A stretch of DNA of 64,000 nt from an uncultured Thermoplasmatales archaeon (GCA_964468585.1 CAYXTM010000001.1:108084-172083), one strand, 5' to 3'. Positions 20,918 through 31,402 are shown, numbered from the stretch's first letter. Translations and numbers: made by a program. Notes: generated by a model not told the origin, from the letters alone.

Positions 20918-21753
20918 TGCTCATGGGAATTGGAATCATTGACGGGAAGAGACGCTTCGTGAGAAATAATGGTTTTTGGGAGTACACCGAAGAACCGCTG
21001 AATAATGGTCTTCTTTTGACCCACAACAGATCAAAATTTTTTAGACTTGAAAAGCCACCAAAATTTGATGTGCCTGTTCCTGAAATACGTGTTGTAAGAG
21101 ATTTCTATGCGTTTGAATCCCACGCGAGAAATGCCAGAAAAAGACGAGGGCTTGATATGGAACCTGAATGGTATAATATACCAGCCTTCTATTATCAGAA
21201 TCCCACGACCCTTGTACCAACTGATTCCGATATAAGTATTCCCGATTTCACCAATGAATTGGACTTTGAAGCCGAGATAGCCTTTGTTATTGGTAAAGAA
21301 GGAATAAGCATAAAGAAGGAAAATGCTCTTGATCACATACTCGGATTTATGCTTGCCAATGATTGGTCAGCAAGGGATATCCAGAGACAGGAGATGAAAA
21401 TAGGTTTGGGTCCGGCCAAATCTAAAGATTTTGGAACGACTATTGGTCCATACATAAGCACAAAAGAAGGATTGCTTGATTACATGGATGATGATCGCAT
21501 AAAATTTGATATTGATATTTACCTTAATGGCTTAAAAATAAGGAGCCTTAATACAGAGGATATGTATTGGAGCCTCGGAGATATGATATCATTTGCATCA
21601 AGATCCACTAAATTGAATATCGGTGATGTTTTCATGACTGGAACGCTTGCTGGAGGCTCACGGGTTGAGTTGGGTGAAGAGTTCCTTAAGCCGAGGGACG
21701 TAGTTAGATTCACATCAAAGCAATTGGGAACCATTGAAAATAGGGTGATCTGA
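20917..21753 (+). CDS. fahA: Fumarylacetoacetate hydrolase (short FAH-family form)
   Basis: ANDWSARDIQRQEMKIGLGPAKSKDFGTTIGP closely parallels the NDWSARDIQxWE...LGPFxGKxFxTTxSP block of true fumarylacetoacetases. TGATG overlaps occur on both sides. Confidence 0.8.
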   Translation: MLMGIGIIDGKRRFVRNNGFWEYTEEPLNNGLLLTHNRSKFFRLEKPPKFDVPVPEIRVVRDFYAFESHARNARKRRGLDMEPEWYNIPAFYYQNPTTLVPTDSDISIPDFTNELDFEAEIAFVIGKEGISIKKENALDHILGFMLANDWSARDIQRQEMKIGLGPAKSKDFGTTIGPYISTKEGLLDYMDDDRIKFDIDIYLNGLKIRSLNTEDMYWSLGDMISFASRSTKLNIGDVFMTGTLAGGSRVELGEEFLKPRDVVRFTSKQLGTIENRVI

Positions 21754-22886
21754 TGCCACATTATGTCAAGATTGGGAAATTACCAAGACATAGGCACACC
21801 TATGAGGATAGAATTTATTATGAAGAGGTAATAGGTGCCGAGAGCTTTGAAGGGCCGTATTCCATCGTTTATCATAGGAATCCGCCAACTTCAATACAGA
21901 AATTTCAAACCTTTAAAAAGAAGACTGAATTCGAAGAAGGTTTCATTGATGAACACTGCCACATTATAACTGATTCCGTAAAGAAATCTAATGACTTTTT
22001 TTCAGGGAGGTCATATCTATTCGGAAATGATTTTATCTCAGTAGGAGTATCAAAGTTTTCAGGAAAACCTGCCACCATGGAAAAAATGGCGCTTATGGAC
22101 TTGATCATTTTCGTTCATGAAGGTGATGGCCTGTTAGAAACAATCTTAGGTGAAATAAATTATGATAAATATGATTACATTGTAATCCCAAAGGGTATCC
22201 CGTTTCGATTTATCTCTAAAAAGAAGAACACTTTTTTCTTCATGGAATCTTTAGAAAATGTTAAACTCCCTCAAAGGTATTTGAACAGTCAAGGTCAATT
22301 GAAACTTCAGTCTCCTCTTAGTGATAGAAACATCAGAGTTCCAGACCTTAGTTATGAAAAAGATAATATTTTAGATATTGAGGTAGATGATGGACCTAAG
22401 ATAACAAAAGTGACCCTTGATCATGATCCAAGGGATGTGATTGGATGGGATGGCACACTTTATCCTTTTGCTATCAATGCCATGGATCAAATGCCATGGG
22501 TTGGTAAGATTCATCTTCCCCCTCCAGTGCATCAGACATTCGAGGGAAAACATTACATGGTTGCTACTTTCCTTCCACGTCCCTTTGACTTTCATGAAAG
22601 GTCCATACCTATTTCATTTTACCATTCAAATACAGATGTGGACGAAGTCCTTTTCTATTCATCTGGAAATTTTATGAGTAGAAAAGGTATAAGGAAGGGC
22701 TCCATAACGATACATGTTAGAAATTTTTCACATGGACCGCATCCAGGTAAGTATGAGGACTCAATAGGTAAAAAGGGAACTGACGAAATTGCAGTTATGA
22801 TCGAAACTTATGACAGGATAAGGCTATATAAAGGTGCAAAAAATTTCCTGGATGAAAATTATAAGCTTTCGTGGAGCGAGAAATGA
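21753..22886 (+). CDS. hmgA: Homogentisate 1,2-dioxygenase (short prokaryotic form)
   Basis: 377-aa cupin-type protein. FYHSNTDVDEVLFYSSGNFMSRKG...ITIHVRNFSHGPHPG...EIAVMIETY matches the HGD C-terminal core. It sits between fahA and an Fe-ADH gene. Confidence 0.8.
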   Translation: MPHYVKIGKLPRHRHTYEDRIYYEEVIGAESFEGPYSIVYHRNPPTSIQKFQTFKKKTEFEEGFIDEHCHIITDSVKKSNDFFSGRSYLFGNDFISVGVSKFSGKPATMEKMALMDLIIFVHEGDGLLETILGEINYDKYDYIVIPKGIPFRFISKKKNTFFFMESLENVKLPQRYLNSQGQLKLQSPLSDRNIRVPDLSYEKDNILDIEVDDGPKITKVTLDHDPRDVIGWDGTLYPFAINAMDQMPWVGKIHLPPPVHQTFEGKHYMVATFLPRPFDFHERSIPISFYHSNTDVDEVLFYSSGNFMSRKGIRKGSITIHVRNFSHGPHPGKYEDSIGKKGTDEIAVMIETYDRIRLYKGAKNFLDENYKLSWSEK

Positions 22887-23896
22887 TGGAATTTAATTAT
22901 CTCCCTATTAAAAAGGTATTCTACGGTTTCAATGCCAATAAAGAAATTTTCAAGGTTGTTAATGAAGGAGATTTTATTTACATATTAACAGGGAAGAACA
23001 CTTCAAAAACCTCTGAATTCATTGATATTATTTCAAGCTTAGAAAACAAAAGGGTGAATTATGAGATTTTGCCATATGTTTCACAGCATTCTCCAATTGA
23101 TGAGGTAAATGAGGCTGATGCTGCAATTCATAAGGATGATGGAAAATTTGTATTGTTAGCGTATGGAGGAGGGGCAGTAATCGATGCCTCTAAAATTCTC
23201 AAAGGAAGAAAACATCCGATATCATTATTGGCTATTCCAACCACACTCAGTGCCTCTGAATTTTCACATATTGCCGGGTATACAGAAAATCATGAAAAGA
23301 AAGGTATAAGGGATAAGAGTCTAACCCCAGATTATATAATCCTCGACCCTAAAAATACTATTTCAACACCAATTGATATATATTTCTCTTCTGGTATAAG
23401 AGCGATTGACCACGCCATTGAATCAGCTCTGGATTTGAACGTGTACGACCCAAGATTATATTTCTCGGTCAGCTCCTATACTATACTTAGAAATAATCTC
23501 ACCGATGACTCTCCATATGGGAGACTAATGTCTCAGATTGGTGCGTGGATGTCTTATATGAATGTATACGATGCGCCCATGGGTGTAAGCCACAATATTG
23601 GGAAAATCATTGGGGCAAGCTTCAATATTCCCCATGGTATAACTTCATGCTTGACTTTGCCTCACATAATTTCATATTATAGGGAATCAGGAAAACTGAA
23701 TTCATTTCTGAAAATCCTCTACGGCACTGAAGATTATGATAGGCTAAGGATGGAGATCGAATCTATTTTAAAAAACACAGGTCTTAACAAGAGCATGCGG
23801 CACTTTGGAATTAACGAAAAAGTGCTTGAAGAAATTTACAAAAAATTGAAAATAAATGATGAAAATCTATTACCATATTTAATGGAGATGTTATGA
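22883..23896 (+). CDS. Iron-containing alcohol dehydrogenase family protein (maleylacetate-reductase-like)
   Basis: Contains GGGAVIDASKIL (the GGGSxxDxxK motif), plus IRAIDHAIES and HNIGKIIGASFNIPHG metal-site blocks. The track start at 22871 is a GTG. The ATG at 22883 forms an ATGA overlap with the hmgA stop. Confidence 0.75.
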   Translation: MMEFNYLPIKKVFYGFNANKEIFKVVNEGDFIYILTGKNTSKTSEFIDIISSLENKRVNYEILPYVSQHSPIDEVNEADAAIHKDDGKFVLLAYGGGAVIDASKILKGRKHPISLLAIPTTLSASEFSHIAGYTENHEKKGIRDKSLTPDYIILDPKNTISTPIDIYFSSGIRAIDHAIESALDLNVYDPRLYFSVSSYTILRNNLTDDSPYGRLMSQIGAWMSYMNVYDAPMGVSHNIGKIIGASFNIPHGITSCLTLPHIISYYRESGKLNSFLKILYGTEDYDRLRMEIESILKNTGLNKSMRHFGINEKVLEEIYKKLKINDENLLPYLMEML

Positions 23897-24507
23897 AGTT
23901 CAAAATAGAGGATGAATTTATCAGAAATCTAGGGAATATCGATTTGGATAAAATTGAAACTGAATTCTTGACTTTTATGAGACCCATTATGGAAGGAACC
24001 AAAGATATGAATCTATGGCAGATCTCTGATTGCGAATCATTCGCAATCTATATGGCTATCAGATCTCTAAGACCAAAAAAAGTGGTCGAAACTGGGATAG
24101 GTTCAGGAAAATCTTCACTTTCAATTCTCTCGGCTCTGGATGAAGGGGAACTCATTAGTATTGATCCTCTTATTGCTTATGGAGACCCGCCAAGGAGCGA
24201 CTTCGGATTTCTTGTTCCAGAAGAGTTAAAAAGAAAATGGAGAATAATCAAGGGAACTTCAAGGGAGATATTACCGGTAATACTCGAATCTATAAAATTT
24301 ATAGATGTTTTTATACATGACTCAGAACATTCTTACGGCAATGTCAAATTCGAACTAATAGAAGCCTACAACCATATTGTCAAGGGATTGATATTAGTGG
24401 ACAATTATGATTGGACAACGGCTCCCTTAGATTTCGGAAAGGAATTCAAACTACAGCTTGTAAAGGTCTGCGCTGATATGTGTGCTTTTTTTATAAATAA
24501 GCATTAG
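23893..24507 (+). CDS. Class I SAM-dependent methyltransferase (Methyltransf_24-like)
   Basis: 204 aa with motif I VVETGIGSGKSSLSIL and an acidic loop LISID. ATGA overlap with the upstream Fe-ADH gene. Confidence 0.65.
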   Translation: MKFKIEDEFIRNLGNIDLDKIETEFLTFMRPIMEGTKDMNLWQISDCESFAIYMAIRSLRPKKVVETGIGSGKSSLSILSALDEGELISIDPLIAYGDPPRSDFGFLVPEELKRKWRIIKGTSREILPVILESIKFIDVFIHDSEHSYGNVKFELIEAYNHIVKGLILVDNYDWTTAPLDFGKEFKLQLVKVCADMCAFFINKH

Positions 24508-25076
24508 TGAGTATTTTTAATCCATATTGATTCAAATTAATTTGACTGTAAATCACTCAGTTCCTTTCGCAAATTAAAGTCTTAGCTACGTTCAAATTTA
24601 AGTTTCAATTTCACATTTTGATTTCATAATAAAAGAGATTTTCGTTAAGCCCAGTATCTATGGCATTCTAAGTTTTCAAGCTGTAATTTTCTACCTCATC
24701 TATTATTTCCATCAGACCCTATCATAAATTAAACTTCAACTGTGTTATCAAAATTGTCTCTTTCCTATTTTCCGTTGCACTATTCAATCCTTTATATTTA
24801 TAACTTCCATCTTCTTTGAAGGCATATGTCTAACATTGCCATTCTCTTACATCTCATTATGCACCCCCGAGTCTTTTGCCTGGAATTATATTGTAGGAAT
24901 TCGTGAATTTTACCTTCGTATTAGGAAATTTTAGGGTTATTTCTGGCAATTAATTTTTATAAATATTAACATCTAGAAGCCTAAAGGAATATTTGCGAAA
25001 GTGAAATCCTCAGCTTAGAACGGAACTGCTCCATGAGAAATAAAGGAATATGGAAAAATTAGGCCTTAGAGTGACT

Positions 25077-25820
25077 CTAGGCAGAATCTAGACCAAAATA
25101 TTTTCTCAAATATTCTTTACTAAATTTTGCATCAAGCACGGCTGCAGCATCGTAATCGTTATTGAAATATAACCATATTTCTTTAATTTTTGATTCATCT
25201 CTGGGAATTGCTTGGAAAATATTTCGTAATGTGTCCCCATATTCCCCCCTATACCTACCCTTGGCTCCATGAAACCTCCCATATATAGTTGATTCATGAG
25301 GTAAGAAAATTTTAGAATAATTTCCATAATCTGAATATGCGATGTTATATTTTTCATTCAGTTTCTCTAGAATCTTCGATTCATACCAAGTCTTATTTCT
25401 GAATTCAATGGCTGTTTTAAATTCTGTCTCTGTAGAAAGAAGGTCTTCCATGTTTTTCTCGTTGTATCTGAAGCTTGGGGGAAATTGCATGAGGAAGAAC
25501 CCTATGAATTGCCTCACCCCCTTGAATCTTGATTGAAATTCCTGAAATAATTGAGTTTTGAACTCCCCAAAATGTGTGATAGTTCTATTTACTTTCACAG
25601 AGAATTTGAAATTTTCATTGACAGATTTTACCCAATTCTTGATGCTATTTTCTTTTGGAATATGATAAAAGGTGCTATTAATTTCAACAGTGTTGAAAAA
25701 TGTAGAGTAGTAATTTAAATAGTTTTTTGTTGGCATATCCATAGGGTAAAATTTACCTCGCCAATGCATATAGTAATAACCACTTGTGCCAACACGAATA
25801 TTCATGCAATGAATAATCAA
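25077..25820 (-). CDS. DUF72 (UPF0759) family protein
   Basis: GTSGYYYMHWRGKFYP...YLNYYSTFFNTVEINSTFYHIP is the DUF72 N-terminal signature. Confidence 0.85.
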   Translation of the reverse strand: MIIHCMNIRVGTSGYYYMHWRGKFYPMDMPTKNYLNYYSTFFNTVEINSTFYHIPKENSIKNWVKSVNENFKFSVKVNRTITHFGEFKTQLFQEFQSRFKGVRQFIGFFLMQFPPSFRYNEKNMEDLLSTETEFKTAIEFRNKTWYESKILEKLNEKYNIAYSDYGNYSKIFLPHESTIYGRFHGAKGRYRGEYGDTLRNIFQAIPRDESKIKEIWLYFNNDYDAAAVLDAKFSKEYLRKYFGLDSA

Positions 25821-26195
25821 CTTTTCAAATTAAAGTTTTGAGACTTGATCTTGATTTCTATTTATTTAGATATTGAAAATCAAGCATTATTGGACTTTTA
25901 AAAATTAAACTTTAATTTTTTTTAGCTGCCTTTTTCGCCTTTTGTACTTATTAACAGTTTCCACTTTCTCTTAAATTTACGAGTGTGAATTATTATATTT
26001 TCTATCTTTAGTCCTGCCATTCATGTGCTTATTAATCACCTCAGGTATTCCCTAACTTGGAGCCTAAGCCACAATTTCAATAATTGTAGTGACCAAAGAA
26101 TCTATCAGTTTAACTCTTTAATGGTTGATTATCAGAAATTTGCTTATTCTATCTCAAACATTAAATATTTGTTTGATATATTTTGGTGATCCTCT

Positions 26196-26450
26196 ATGGA
26201 AACTGATGTGACAAACCTTATTGGCCTTGAAATTTATACGGATAAAGGATATAAACTTGGTACAGTAGATGATGTAATGCTTGACACAGAATCCCAGTCA
26301 ATTTACGGATTATATGTGGAAAGGACAAATGAAGGATTGGTTGAAGATGGAGTTGCAGTTTTAGTCCCTTACAGGTGGGTAAGGGCAGTGGGAGACGTTA
26401 TTCTTCTTAAGAGATTCCCACCATTTGTTTCAGTTTCAACTACAGAATAA
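26196..26450 (+). CDS. PRC-barrel domain protein
   Basis: 84 aa. LIGLEIYTDKGYKLGTVDDVMLDTESQSIYGLYV is a typical PRC-barrel pattern. Confidence 0.7.
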   Translation: METDVTNLIGLEIYTDKGYKLGTVDDVMLDTESQSIYGLYVERTNEGLVEDGVAVLVPYRWVRAVGDVILLKRFPPFVSVSTTE

Positions 26451-26452
26451 AT

Positions 26453-28108
26453 TCACGGATGGGTAAAGTAACCCATCTCATTATTTATAAGGTTGCAATA
26501 TCCATATCTCTCCAATTGATTGACTTTTCCAAGATATTTTAGAGCATGCTCCTCCAAGATTCCTACATCAACTGTACCATCCGGTTTCATGATTTTGTAG
26601 TTTATAAATCCTGATTGAAGCCAGTGTATTATGGGAATTCCTTCCTTAATTTTGCCAAGGTCATTATCCACATATGATAATTTATCGTCATTTATTATGA
26701 AGTTCCCAAGGTCCTTTAATCTGACTTCTTTTCCTTTGAACTTATCATAGTCCTCCTTTGATATGTAAACATCACCTGAATTAACATCATATTCCCTGTA
26801 CTCTGTATCTTTGCTTTTTGGAAAAACTGGCATCCTTGCCTTGAGTTGCCCCGGCACATCCATGGAGAGCTTCAGAGGGTCCTTCACAAAGAAATGCCTA
26901 GGGGAATATGGATCAATTATATGCTTATTAAATGCATATAAATTCTCCCATGAAAACGTTATATCAACATCCCCTATTCCGGTTTCTATCCAGTATCTTC
27001 TGATTGCGCCCGGATTTATTCCCCTTTTCCTCATGGCCAACAAAGTTCCCAATCTAGGATCATCCCATCCGTAGAATTCCCCATTTGCAATTCCTTTTTT
27101 AATTAATGAGGTCTTGAGTATTGAATTTTCAATGGAAACTTTGCCATAGTGTAAATAAAATGGAATTTTCCACTTCATGTAATTGAATATATATCTCTGT
27201 TTTTCAGTGTTAGCTAGATGATCCTTTCCTCTTATAATGTGGGTTAATCCAAGATCATGATCATCTATTGCCACAGAAAAATTCATCATAGGATATACAC
27301 GGTATTTTTTTCCAGTTCTTGGATGGGGGACATCTATTATTCTGAACGCTATGAAATCTCTGATAGCAGGATTGGGATGGGTTAAGTCTGTTTTCACAAC
27401 TGCAAAAGCTTCCCCTTTCTTGTAGCTTCCATCCAACATCTTTTCCCATCTTTTCAGATTCTTTTCATAAGGTTCGTTCCTCTCATCGATAGGAACGGAC
27501 TGCTGTCTTTTTGCTTTGAATAATTCTGTAGGACTAGCTGCAACATAGGCTTTTTCCATCTCAAGCAATTTTTGGAATGACTCATAATATAATTCAAATC
27601 TGTCAGATTGCAGGACTAAACTGTGATATTCTACCTCCAACCACTTCAGATCATCCTCTATCATTCTGTATGCATCAGGAAGGATATTGGCAGGATTTGT
27701 ATCCTCAATCCTGAGAATCAGTTTGCCCTTGTATCTCTTCACATATTCGTCATTCAATATTGCCATTCTAGCATGGCCTATATGTAGAGGTCCAGATGGC
27801 GATGGTGCCATTCTCATAACTACATTACCCATTTCAGTATCTGGTAAATCTGGGAGTGTTTTCTCTTCTTCCACTTTTTTCTTTTCAAGCCATTGAGGGA
27901 AAATTTTCTCAACTATGCTCCTTTGTTCATCTGGTGTTAATTTGTTGACTTCTTCCACTGCATTCCCTATAATTGGAATATATTCCTTTAGCCTTGCCTT
28001 TTCTTCAGGAAATAAGGCAATGAACCTTGAGATAACCGATTTCTGGTCTGCCTTTCCGCCATGTTCATATGCGTTATATGCCGCTATCGCCTTTATCTCG
28101 TCCTTCAT
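26453..28108 (-). CDS. gltX: Glutamyl-tRNA synthetase (archaeal type)
   Basis: HIGH motif in MRMAPSPSGPLHIGHARMAILN, plus LRIEDTNP. The N-terminal ~90-aa region is archaeal-type. 551 aa. Confidence 0.95.
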   Translation of the reverse strand: MKDEIKAIAAYNAYEHGGKADQKSVISRFIALFPEEKARLKEYIPIIGNAVEEVNKLTPDEQRSIVEKIFPQWLEKKKVEEEKTLPDLPDTEMGNVVMRMAPSPSGPLHIGHARMAILNDEYVKRYKGKLILRIEDTNPANILPDAYRMIEDDLKWLEVEYHSLVLQSDRFELYYESFQKLLEMEKAYVAASPTELFKAKRQQSVPIDERNEPYEKNLKRWEKMLDGSYKKGEAFAVVKTDLTHPNPAIRDFIAFRIIDVPHPRTGKKYRVYPMMNFSVAIDDHDLGLTHIIRGKDHLANTEKQRYIFNYMKWKIPFYLHYGKVSIENSILKTSLIKKGIANGEFYGWDDPRLGTLLAMRKRGINPGAIRRYWIETGIGDVDITFSWENLYAFNKHIIDPYSPRHFFVKDPLKLSMDVPGQLKARMPVFPKSKDTEYREYDVNSGDVYISKEDYDKFKGKEVRLKDLGNFIINDDKLSYVDNDLGKIKEGIPIIHWLQSGFINYKIMKPDGTVDVGILEEHALKYLGKVNQLERYGYCNLINNEMGYFTHP

Positions 28109-29048
28109 ACAATCTCACCTCTATTATTTCTTTCAATTTATCAAGACCTTCACCCGTTAGAGCTGATATTTTTATTCTATCATTATCTCTCTTAAGTCTA
28201 TCTGATTTGTTTTCTACTTCAATTATGTCTCTTGAAATACTTTTGATTTCTTGGAGCAATTTTTCTTGACTCTCAATTGAATAGCCACACTCCTCGGTGG
28301 GATCCAATAGAAAGACAACAAGGTCTGCTACATTCTTAATGGAAACCAGCGCTTTCTCCTCGATCTTATTTCTAACCTTTCTATTTAGAATTCCTGGAAC
28401 ATCTAGAACTTGTACCTTCCCCTTTGAAGTTTCCATTATTCCCACACTTACTTCTTTTGTTGTAAATGGGTAGTCACCTATTTCCGGCTTCAATCTTGTA
28501 AGTTTTGATACTAACATTGACTTGCCTACATTAGGGAAACCGGAGATTGCAACTACTGGATTCTCCTGGTTGATGTAAGGTATCTCCTTTATAAGTTCCC
28601 TATCAGTCCTAAGAATGGAAAGTGCATGGTCGAGATCTTCTATAAATGATGAGACTCTTCCATAATAGGCCTTTCTTAATTTATCCACGCCTTCGACATC
28701 AGGGATGTTTTTTAATTTTCTTATGGTATCGGTTGTCAGTTCACTTACCTTTCTCATTGTCCACCTTAGCCTATTTAATGCTTTTTCGTATTCCCGGAAA
28801 TCCATTAAGAGGAACATTAGATTCTTCTCAAATTCACTGAGGTCATCTAATTTTGGATAGTTTTTTAAAATTCTGTTCAAGGAGTTTCGAATAACAGCCT
28901 CCATCACTTGGATTTTCATTGTGGATTTTAGCTTGTCCTTGTCAATGTAACTCTTTTTATAGAAATCCTGAACCTTATTGGCCTCCCTAAATGCTTTCTC
29001 GATTATATCTTTTGATGAGGGTACGCTTGGCAACCTAGATGGAATCAT
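28074..29048 (-). CDS. NOG1-family GTP-binding protein
   Basis: G1 motif ISGFPNVGKSMLV, G3 motif LDVPGIL, G4 motif ENKSD. An N-terminal helical NOG1-like region is present. ATGA overlap with pheT, and a 35-nt overlap with the gltX start. Confidence 0.8.
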   Translation of the reverse strand: MIPSRLPSVPSSKDIIEKAFREANKVQDFYKKSYIDKDKLKSTMKIQVMEAVIRNSLNRILKNYPKLDDLSEFEKNLMFLLMDFREYEKALNRLRWTMRKVSELTTDTIRKLKNIPDVEGVDKLRKAYYGRVSSFIEDLDHALSILRTDRELIKEIPYINQENPVVAISGFPNVGKSMLVSKLTRLKPEIGDYPFTTKEVSVGIMETSKGKVQVLDVPGILNRKVRNKIEEKALVSIKNVADLVVFLLDPTEECGYSIESQEKLLQEIKSISRDIIEVENKSDRLKRDNDRIKISALTGEGLDKLKEIIEVRLYEGRDKGDSGI

Positions 29049-30616
29049 AATATTGCTCCTGTTATATCCAATTCTCCAACTGCAACGGGCATTCTCAAAC
29101 CAATCTGTTTAAGTATTTTTGGATTTACTTCCCCTATGAAACCTACTATCCTTCCTCCGACTTTTATTGATGCACCTCTTCCTTCTACTAACAATTGATG
29201 GGAGAATTTCTCCCAATCATACTCAAGCTTAAGGTCCTCCATAAGACCTATGAAAACACCCTTAATTTCTGAGAATCCAGCTGACTTGTGACATGTTGCA
29301 ATTCCCACACTGGATAACTGTTTATCATTCCTCACAACTGTCCCAATTTCAAATATTCTTTGAGGATAAGGGTTGCGATGATTGTTCAGGAGACTTTGTA
29401 TCAACGATATGGATATCCTGGGCCTTAAAACATCCTGTTCCATGGTCACGGGGTTAAGAATTTTAATATATTCCTGAGAAAATCCGAATATTGAGTTGTA
29501 AGAACCATTAACCATTGCAAAGTTGACTGTTTCAGTGAACCCATATCCAACCAATAGGTGTCTTATTATTCTCTCAATTTCTCTTAAATTATGTGGACTT
29601 CCCACTGTATGAAAATCTTCCATGGATTCTTCAATATTATCATAACCTATTCCCTTCAGTACATCTTCTATAAAATCAACATCATTCAGTATGTCTATTC
29701 TATATTCAGGAGATATAGCCAAATCATCATTAACCTCATACCCCATTTTTACCAATGCACCCTTTATCTCGTCTAAGTTAAATTCCATCCCTGAGATCTC
29801 CTTAACTTTCTTCTGGTTGATCTTCCATTTGCTTTTCTGAAATTTAGGGTATTTCTCCATTCCAACTTTAACCTTTACAATCTCCCCTTCTGGATATGAT
29901 AGGGCAGTTACCAAAAGGTTCAGTGCTCTCTGTATGGTCAATGGATCAGTACCGGTGACATCAATAAAGAAATTCTTGGTATCTTTTGTAAGGGCAGTTA
30001 TATCGGAGTTGAGAATCGGTGGAAGCGATATTATGTTCCCCTCATTGTCCAAAATTGCCGGTATCCTTTCTTTTATCAAACCTCCGAATTCTTTGGCCTT
30101 TTCATGAGTCTGCAGAAAATCAAAGAGAGATATAGTAGCTTCCTCTCCCAGTGGAATAAATTTATAGTCCCTATCAACTGAAGTATATCTTAGGGGGAAT
30201 TTTACTTTGTCTAGATCATGAATCCCTATTGCCGCTATCCTTCTGTTTCGACCTATGGTTGCATGTAACTTTTCCTGATAATCGATTAGTTTTTCTATGT
30301 TTTTACCTGCAATAGAATTTGTGACTATGGCAGAGACTATATATGGCCTGTAATCAGGTCCCTCATTTTCTACCAAAAACTCACTTTCCCTAATTTTAAC
30401 GTTTTTATAGGATTCCAAGCCTTTATATATCCTGACAGCCCTTGATAACCCCCAAAGGGAATAAAGATCTGGTCTATCCGGATTGAATTCAACTATAAAC
30501 TCGCCATTTTCTATTCTAGATTCGCCCCCTAATTTCCAGGGTATATCTATGAAATCCGAAGTTTTTAAACCTACAAGTTCCTCTACCTCTGAGGGAGTGA
30601 ATCTTACCAGTACCAT
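29045..30616 (-). CDS. pheT: Phenylalanyl-tRNA synthetase beta subunit (archaeal form)
   Basis: 523 aa. It has B3_4-like (IAAIGIHDLDKV) and B5 regions and a C-terminal class-II-like core (FEIGTV). Size is typical of archaeal PheT. Confidence 0.85.
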   Translation of the reverse strand: MVLVRFTPSEVEELVGLKTSDFIDIPWKLGGESRIENGEFIVEFNPDRPDLYSLWGLSRAVRIYKGLESYKNVKIRESEFLVENEGPDYRPYIVSAIVTNSIAGKNIEKLIDYQEKLHATIGRNRRIAAIGIHDLDKVKFPLRYTSVDRDYKFIPLGEEATISLFDFLQTHEKAKEFGGLIKERIPAILDNEGNIISLPPILNSDITALTKDTKNFFIDVTGTDPLTIQRALNLLVTALSYPEGEIVKVKVGMEKYPKFQKSKWKINQKKVKEISGMEFNLDEIKGALVKMGYEVNDDLAISPEYRIDILNDVDFIEDVLKGIGYDNIEESMEDFHTVGSPHNLREIERIIRHLLVGYGFTETVNFAMVNGSYNSIFGFSQEYIKILNPVTMEQDVLRPRISISLIQSLLNNHRNPYPQRIFEIGTVVRNDKQLSSVGIATCHKSAGFSEIKGVFIGLMEDLKLEYDWEKFSHQLLVEGRGASIKVGGRIVGFIGEVNPKILKQIGLRMPVAVGELDITGAIL

Positions 30617-30773
30617 TGAGGGACAATGGTAAACTTATATTTTATATTTCATGATGAACTCCTAATTTTATTGATCCAATTTTAAACATAAGTATAATAG
30701 ACAAAGTTTTTATCAAATTTATTATTCACCCAAAGCGAGATGATAGATATTGAGTAAGGAAAAAGCAGCTAGG

Positions 30774-31400
30774 ATGGCAGCGAAAAAAGTTAAAGACAAA
30801 TGGAAGAGTAAAGTTTGGTATACGATCCTGGCAACTGAATCCTTCGGGAAAAAAGAAATAGGGTCAACCCCAGCGGCTGAACCAGATGAACTTATAAACA
30901 GAATTTCGGAGGCATATTTATCTAACATTACTGGGGACTTTAAACTTTCTCATGTAAAACTTTTCTTTAGAATAACTCGAGTTGAAGGAGATAAGGCTTA
31001 CACAGAGTTTGAAGGGCACGAAATAAATCAAGATTATATTAGAAGACTTGTAAGGAGGAGAAAGACCAGGATTGATTCAGTAGTTGATGTTGTCACCTCA
31101 GATGGCATTAAATTAAGGTTAAAGCCCCTCATAATTCTCGACAGGAAGGTCATAAACAATATAGAGACAAATATAAGAAATTCAATAAATGAATTTCTAA
31201 GGGAAAAGGCATCATCGCTTCCACTTGACCAGCTAGTTGTATATATGCTATCACCCCAGTACGCAAATGATGCTTTTGAGAAAATCAAAAATATTTATCC
31301 TACAAGAAAGATAGAACTGAGAAAATCAGAAGTATTGAGAGGAACAGGAGAAGCAAAGGAAAAGGAAGAAGAAAATCAGGCAGTTGAATCAGAAGCGTAA
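30774..31400 (+). CDS. rps3ae: 30S ribosomal protein S3Ae (eS1)
   Basis: MAAKKVKDKWKSKVWYTILA is the canonical S3Ae N-terminus. The track start at 30750 is a TTG eight codons upstream, so I prefer the ATG at 30774. Confidence 0.9.
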   Translation: MAAKKVKDKWKSKVWYTILATESFGKKEIGSTPAAEPDELINRISEAYLSNITGDFKLSHVKLFFRITRVEGDKAYTEFEGHEINQDYIRRLVRRRKTRIDSVVDVVTSDGIKLRLKPLIILDRKVINNIETNIRNSINEFLREKASSLPLDQLVVYMLSPQYANDAFEKIKNIYPTRKIELRKSEVLRGTGEAKEKEEENQAVESEA

Positions 31401-31402
31401 TT

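Noticed and set aside
24564-25001. MITE-like element bounded by inverted 11-mers CTTTCGCAAAT / ATTTGCGAAAG
   Set aside because: Only 11 bp match and the flanks diverge immediately. No target-site duplication is evident. My rough expectation for such a match in AT-rich DNA of this size is not negligible. It is kept only as a low-interest note within the spacer finding.
25106-25357. 83-aa minus-strand ORF nested in the DUF72 gene in another frame
   Set aside because: The DUF72 frame carries the family signature along its full length. The nested ORF has none.
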